Positions 24,173 to 28,270 of a DNA stretch of 28,270 nucleotides are shown here, one piece after another. This stretch comes from a virus (lineage: Duplodnaviria; Caudoviricetes): the IMG/VR virus record IMGVR_UViG_3300017913_001575, positions 1 to 28,270 of that record; one strand, 5' to 3'. The first letter of the stretch is position 1. Each line of letters opens with the position of its first letter. A program made the translations under genes and the position numbers. The notes beneath the pieces were generated by a model that did not search any database, was not told where the DNA came from, and saw only the letters and a program-made list of their open reading frames with translations.

Positions 24173-24506
24173 GTATGGTTGGGAAGACCCTAAAACAGGG
24201 GAACAGTGGGAAACAGATATGACCTACGAAGAGATGCAGCAATATAAAAAAGACAATCCTGATCTGTATCAAGTATTCAATATCAATTTTACATCAGATA
24301 GATATCAGTCTGGTATCAAGAATGATGATGGCTGGAATGAGTTGATGGATCGTGTAGCTGAGAAGCACCCAGATGGCGACCTTGGTGGTCGTCGTAAACG
24401 TACAGCAAAAGAGATTAAGACACGTGCAGCTATCGAGAAGAATCGTAAGCGTCTTGGTATCAAATCGGGAACATCAGGAACCACAGATGACAGACTCGAC
24501 AATTGA
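24165..24506 (+). CDS. FmdB-family-like small regulatory protein (no Cys)
   Basis: MPKY...KTGEQWE..M...E...Y...NP and DDGWNE...RVAE.HP. RBS GAGGA. Located upstream of phoH. Confidence 0.7.
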   Translation: MPKYGWEDPKTGEQWETDMTYEEMQQYKKDNPDLYQVFNINFTSDRYQSGIKNDDGWNELMDRVAEKHPDGDLGGRRKRTAKEIKTRAAIEKNRKRLGIKSGTSGTTDDRLDN

Positions 24507-25044
24507 AATCTACGATGATCTGCTAACATATGCACAGCGTGAGACTCTGTACGCCATCTGTAAGACAGCGCCTTTTCATATTTGTGGACCAGATACATTT
24601 AGTATCGAACATCAGAAAGACTATAGCATTGTATGTGAGTTAAACCAACGGGATATTGATCATCTAGGTATCTTAGATCTAGAGCCATTCCAAAAGTTTA
24701 AAGGTCGTCCAGCTAAAGGTTATATCAATATCTGTACAACCACTGACTCTGATAGAATTCATACAGACGGTGTAGTAGATGGCAAAGGAACTGATGTAAT
24801 TCTATACATGCCAAACCTCAATTGGGAACTTGAGTGGCAAGGAATGCTGATGTTTACATCAGAAGATAAGAAGTCAATCAAACAGATGGTAGAATATGTA
24901 CCAGGACGCTTTGTTGTATTCAATGGTGCTCAGCCTCACAAAGTATGCCCTCCTTCTACATTAGCACCTACATTTAGGTTCACAATCGCAATTAAATTCG
25001 AAGCTCCAGCAGCTCATGAACGTGACGATGGAAAGTATATCTAA
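24487..25044 (+). CDS. 2OG-Fe(II) oxygenase
   Basis: IEIYDD, IHTD, LYMPN..W...WQG...F, PGR.VVF.G..PH, RFTIAIKF. Start at ATG 24487. Confidence 0.85.
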   Translation: MTDSTIEIYDDLLTYAQRETLYAICKTAPFHICGPDTFSIEHQKDYSIVCELNQRDIDHLGILDLEPFQKFKGRPAKGYINICTTTDSDRIHTDGVVDGKGTDVILYMPNLNWELEWQGMLMFTSEDKKSIKQMVEYVPGRFVVFNGAQPHKVCPPSTLAPTFRFTIAIKFEAPAAHERDDGKYI

Positions 25045-25793
25045 TGAGTGTACAAGCCAAACTAACAAAAAGAGAACGCCGCAGACTCCGTAGAGAAGGA
25101 GTTCTGGAATTACATCCGAACCAAAAGCAGAAACAAGCATTCAAGCTGAAGAACATTCAACCAATCACAGCTAGTCAGGAAACAGTATTTGAGGAATGGG
25201 AAGATGGACAAAACTTACTACTTCATGGAGTTGCGGGGACTGGTAAAACATTCCTTGGATTCTACCTTGGTCTCACCGAAGTACTTGAGGGAGAAACACC
25301 ATACAACTCCATTACAATCGTCAGAAGCGCTGTCCCAACAAGAGATATGGGATTTCTACCAGGCAACCTCAATGAGAAATCCAAAGCCTATGAGCTTCCA
25401 TACTATGCAATCGCTACTGAGTTGTATGGACGAGGAGACGCTTACGAAATCCTTAAAAACAGAGGTGATGTCAGCTTCATCACTACATCACATGTCAGAG
25501 GTATAACACTACAGAATACAATTGTAGTTGTAGATGAGATCCAAAACCTGACATTCCATGAGCTGGATAGTATCATTACTCGTTGCGGTAAGAACTGCCG
25601 TATAATTCTTTGTGGTGACTTCAGACAGAATGACCTTGCAGACCAAGGTGAGCAGTCTGGTATCAAACAATTCATGCGCATCGTGTCTAAGATGTCTATG
25701 TTTTCTTTCGTTGAATTTAATAACGATGATATAGTAAGATCAAAGCTAGTGAAAGAGTATATCATTCTCAAGGACAAACATGGCTACAGTTAA
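25044..25793 (+). CDS. phoH: PhoH-like ATPase
   Basis: GVAGTGKT, RSAVPTRDMGFLPG, RGITL, VVDEIQN, GDFRQND, DIVRS.LV. Confidence 0.96.
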   Translation: MSVQAKLTKRERRRLRREGVLELHPNQKQKQAFKLKNIQPITASQETVFEEWEDGQNLLLHGVAGTGKTFLGFYLGLTEVLEGETPYNSITIVRSAVPTRDMGFLPGNLNEKSKAYELPYYAIATELYGRGDAYEILKNRGDVSFITTSHVRGITLQNTIVVVDEIQNLTFHELDSIITRCGKNCRIILCGDFRQNDLADQGEQSGIKQFMRIVSKMSMFSFVEFNNDDIVRSKLVKEYIILKDKHGYS

Positions 25794-26460
25794 TTACTTT
25801 CCTTTCATTTCTGGTGAGTTGGATGTCAACGAGCCCTTCGCTCCTGATATGACGTCTTTAGATATTGTACCTTATGAATATGATATGTCATATACAAGTA
25901 GTAGGTGTCCAGCACAGAAAGAACATCATCGTAACACATGGACGATCAAGTGTCCATTTGATATAGCATTTGATGTATGGCCTAAGCAACAGAACATTAC
26001 TGTTGGCGACCAGATGAGTACTGAGGCGTTTAAAAAGGTCATGGTCATAACTCCTGAGACTTGGGGTGGATCACATCCAGAGATTCAGATTGCTCTACAG
26101 TATTTGTTTTGGACTGATACGCCTAATGTATGGGTTGAAACAGTCAATACTATGGATATGGCTAAAAGAGGAGTTGAGCTTGTTGAAGGTACTTTTTGTA
26201 TATCAGCTTGGTCTAGACCAGTTAACATAGGTGCTAGACTGCATAATGATAAGTTTTTCTTTCCCAAAGGTATGGATCTGTCGCACATTAGACTGATTGA
26301 TAGAAATGGGCATGGAAATATTAATCTAGTTAAACAAGATAAGGTCCCACAAAAAGTATTGGACAACATGGATCAAGGTGTTAAATATACAACTTTCTTT
26401 CCATTCAAGTCCTGGTCACTAATCAAGAAAAGAGTTAAGAATGGGTTTAGGATTTCGTGA
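25780..26460 (+). CDS. Hypothetical protein (beta-rich, CPA...NTW.I.CPFD pattern)
   Basis: AAGGA RBS. Fills the gap between phoH and the exonuclease. Confidence 0.7.
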   Translation: MATVNYFPFISGELDVNEPFAPDMTSLDIVPYEYDMSYTSSRCPAQKEHHRNTWTIKCPFDIAFDVWPKQQNITVGDQMSTEAFKKVMVITPETWGGSHPEIQIALQYLFWTDTPNVWVETVNTMDMAKRGVELVEGTFCISAWSRPVNIGARLHNDKFFFPKGMDLSHIRLIDRNGHGNINLVKQDKVPQKVLDNMDQGVKYTTFFPFKSWSLIKKRVKNGFRIS

Positions 26461-27178
26461 TGGCTTTGGCCCTCAGATGGATCGTGTAGAGTTTATCCAC
26501 GATACACCCTGGGAAATCGATAAAGTTAAGCGTGAGTCAATTAATGGCAGACGCTATTATCTGACACCAGAAGGCAACAAGTATCCTTCTGTATCTACTG
26601 TTGTCGGACATAAAGCTAAAGAAGGCATCAAGGCGTGGCGTAAGCGTGTTGGAGAGAAGGAAGCCAACAGAGTCTCTACGCAAGCAAGTCGTCACGGTAC
26701 AGCTGTACATAAGATCTGTGAGGATTATATCAATAACGATCCAAACTATCTGGAAGATAAGACGCCAGGGAACATTGATGCCTTCCGCAAAATTAAACCA
26801 GTACTAGATGATAACATTGAGAAGGTCTATGCACTCGAAGCAATGTTGTATTCAGACTATCTCAAGGTTGCAGGGCAGTGTGACCTTGCTTGTGTATACA
26901 ATGGTAAGAACACTATTGTAGACTTTAAGACGTCTGCTAAGTGGAAGAAGGAAGAATGGATTCAAAACTACTTCCAACAGGCTTCTATGTATGCTGTGAT
27001 GGCAGAAGAACGTACTGGTATCAACTTTCCTCAGATTGCTATTGTTATTGCTGTTGCTGATAGTAACCAGCCTCAAGTGTTTGTTAAAAAGAGAGACGAT
27101 TATATCTGGGATGCGATCCAAGTGATTGGTGATTACTACGAAGAAGTGTTCAACCAAGACGTTAGAGGACATAAATAG
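26441..27178 (+). CDS. PD-(D/E)XK exonuclease (Cas4 / lambda-exonuclease-like) of T4-like phages
   Basis: RYY.TPEG..YPSVSTV, GTAVH..CE.Y, AGQCD......IVDFKTS, YFQQ...YA. Confidence 0.9.
   Translation: MGLGFRDGFGPQMDRVEFIHDTPWEIDKVKRESINGRRYYLTPEGNKYPSVSTVVGHKAKEGIKAWRKRVGEKEANRVSTQASRHGTAVHKICEDYINNDPNYLEDKTPGNIDAFRKIKPVLDDNIEKVYALEAMLYSDYLKVAGQCDLACVYNGKNTIVDFKTSAKWKKEEWIQNYFQQASMYAVMAEERTGINFPQIAIVIAVADSNQPQVFVKKRDDYIWDAIQVIGDYYEEVFNQDVRGHK
27170..27177 (+). promoter_or_regulatory. T4-type late promoter
   Basis: CATAAATA at the exonuclease stop, followed by a leader with GGAGAG RBS and ATG 27212. Confidence 0.6.
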
Positions 27179-27211
27179 AAACAGAGATACATAGCTACTT
27201 GGAGAGAGAGA

Positions 27212-28057
27212 ATGAGTAGATGGTTATCTTTGTTATGCTTCGGTATTTTATTAGTTCCTAGTTATGCTTATGCCCAAGCAGACTACGACTATCAAGATAG
27301 TTCAAATAGTACTTACACAATCATTGACAATAACACGTCAACTGATTCTAATGTTACGTCTGATAACACAAATACTAATACGAATACCAACACCAATACA
27401 AATACCAACACTAATACTACAACGTATACTGGTACTAACACAAACACCAATACGAATACAAACACTAGTACTAGCACGGTAGATTCGACATCAGATTCCA
27501 CAGTTAACCAGACTGTCAACCAAACCAACACAAATAATAATACTAATACTTCTACTTCTAATAGTACAAGTAGGTCTGATGTGAATACAAACAACAATAA
27601 TACAAACAAGAATGTCAATGAGACTGAAATTAAGTCTCCTCCTCCTTCTGCTATCTCACCAAATATCGGTTCGTCATACTCACAAGACCTCTGTACAACT
27701 GGTGGATCTGGTGCCGTACAGACTCAGATTCTTGGCCTGTCAGGTGGCAAAGCTGTCCGTGATATGAATTGTGAACGTATCAAGCTATCTAAGACCCTAT
27801 ACGATATGGGTATGAAGGTTGCTGCTGTTTCTACAATGTGCCAGGATGAAAGAGTCTGGAAAGCTATGATGATGGCTGGCACACCGTGTCCTTTCGAAGG
27901 TAAAATTGGTCCAGCTGCTGCTCAAGAGTGGTCAGCTAACCCAAGATTGATTCCAGACAATGCTTTGGATGAAGTAAAAATTAGAAGGGATCAGGAACGT
28001 GATTGGTCGGCTGCTTGGGTTATTCTTGGTCTGCTTGTTTTTGGTGTCGCCCTCTAA
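27212..28057 (+). CDS. Exported Thr/Asn-rich protein with Cys-containing domain and C-terminal membrane helix
   Basis: Signal peptide ending AYA-Q, a low-complexity T/N/S stalk, KSPPPSAISP...C...CER.K...MCQD...TPCP, and a terminal TM helix. Confidence 0.85.
   Translation: MSRWLSLLCFGILLVPSYAYAQADYDYQDSSNSTYTIIDNNTSTDSNVTSDNTNTNTNTNTNTNTNTNTTTYTGTNTNTNTNTNTSTSTVDSTSDSTVNQTVNQTNTNNNTNTSTSNSTSRSDVNTNNNNTNKNVNETEIKSPPPSAISPNIGSSYSQDLCTTGGSGAVQTQILGLSGGKAVRDMNCERIKLSKTLYDMGMKVAAVSTMCQDERVWKAMMMAGTPCPFEGKIGPAAAQEWSANPRLIPDNALDEVKIRRDQERDWSAAWVILGLLVFGVAL
27365..27612 (+). repeat. Coding Asn-Thr dipeptide repeat / low-complexity region
   Basis: (AAY ACN)x9 at 27365-27418 with further NT/ST runs downstream. 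Synonymous codons vary. Confidence 0.85.
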
Positions 28058-28270
28058 GGCACAAACCACAAACGCAGATGGATCTATAACATTAGACAAC
28101 CAACTAGGTAACAGTGACTTTGACCAGTCAGTGTTCAGTAGCCAATGGAATTGGTGGCAGAACTCAGGTGCTGGTGTAGGTCACACATACGCCAATGACA
28201 AATACGTCAGTTTTCGAGATGGTGGCATGTGGCAAACATTTGGTTTACCTGAGTTACTGAATCCATCTAA
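27999..28270 (+). CDS. Exported protein, 3'-truncated (MIGRLLGLFLVCLFLVSPSKAQTTNADGSITLDNQLGN...)
   Basis: Translated by hand. GTG 27999 follows AGGA, a signal peptide ends SKA-Q, and the frame stays open to the window end. Confidence 0.7.
   Translation, partial: MIGRLLGLFLVCLFLVSPSKAQTTNADGSITLDNQLGNSDFDQSVFSSQWNWWQNSGAGVGHTYANDKYVSFRDGGMWQTFGLPELLNPS

Noticed and set aside
27313-27618. Minus-strand Val/Leu/Phe-repeat ORF that looks like a membrane protein
   Set aside because: It is the reverse complement of the Asn-Thr repeat codons.
26441-27620. Cas4-like nuclease followed by repeats, suggesting CRISPR
   Set aside because: The repeats are degenerate 6-nt coding units without spacers, and the nuclease is the usual phoH-linked exonuclease of T4-like phages.

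Overview
The window is a densely packed, entirely plus-strand segment of a large T4-like (myovirus-type) bacteriophage genome. The marine or aquatic origin and proteobacterial host are inferred. From left to right: (1) the end of a glycan-tailoring block (HxGH nucleotidyltransferase, GT8-like, capsule-synthesis-like, 2OG-Fe(II) oxygenase); (2) an early region of small ORFs behind recurring GTTGAC(A/T)-17-GAT(T/A)(A/T)T promoters, with two HExxH proteins, a DUF932 protein and a four-tRNA cluster (Arg, Thr, Asn, Trp) that is interrupted by a predicted H-type pseudoknot and an orphan ORF; (3) two lipoproteins, a peroxiredoxin and two oxygenases ending at an intrinsic terminator; (4) a coupled lipid/glycan-tailoring cluster (FabF/B-type ketosynthase, membrane desaturase, PhyH-like dioxygenase, FkbM methyltransferase, sulfotransferase), then glutaredoxin and a GT4; (5) a T4-like core block (RNase H, FmdB-like, PhoH, PD-(D/E)XK exonuclease) with oxygenase and GT-like genes inserted between the core genes; (6) a Thr/Asn-repeat exported protein behind a late-promoter motif, and the start of a second exported protein. 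The two most interesting candidates are the ketosynthase-centred cluster and the tRNA-linked pseudoknot plus ORF. All protein calls come from motif recognition by eye; no database search was run.
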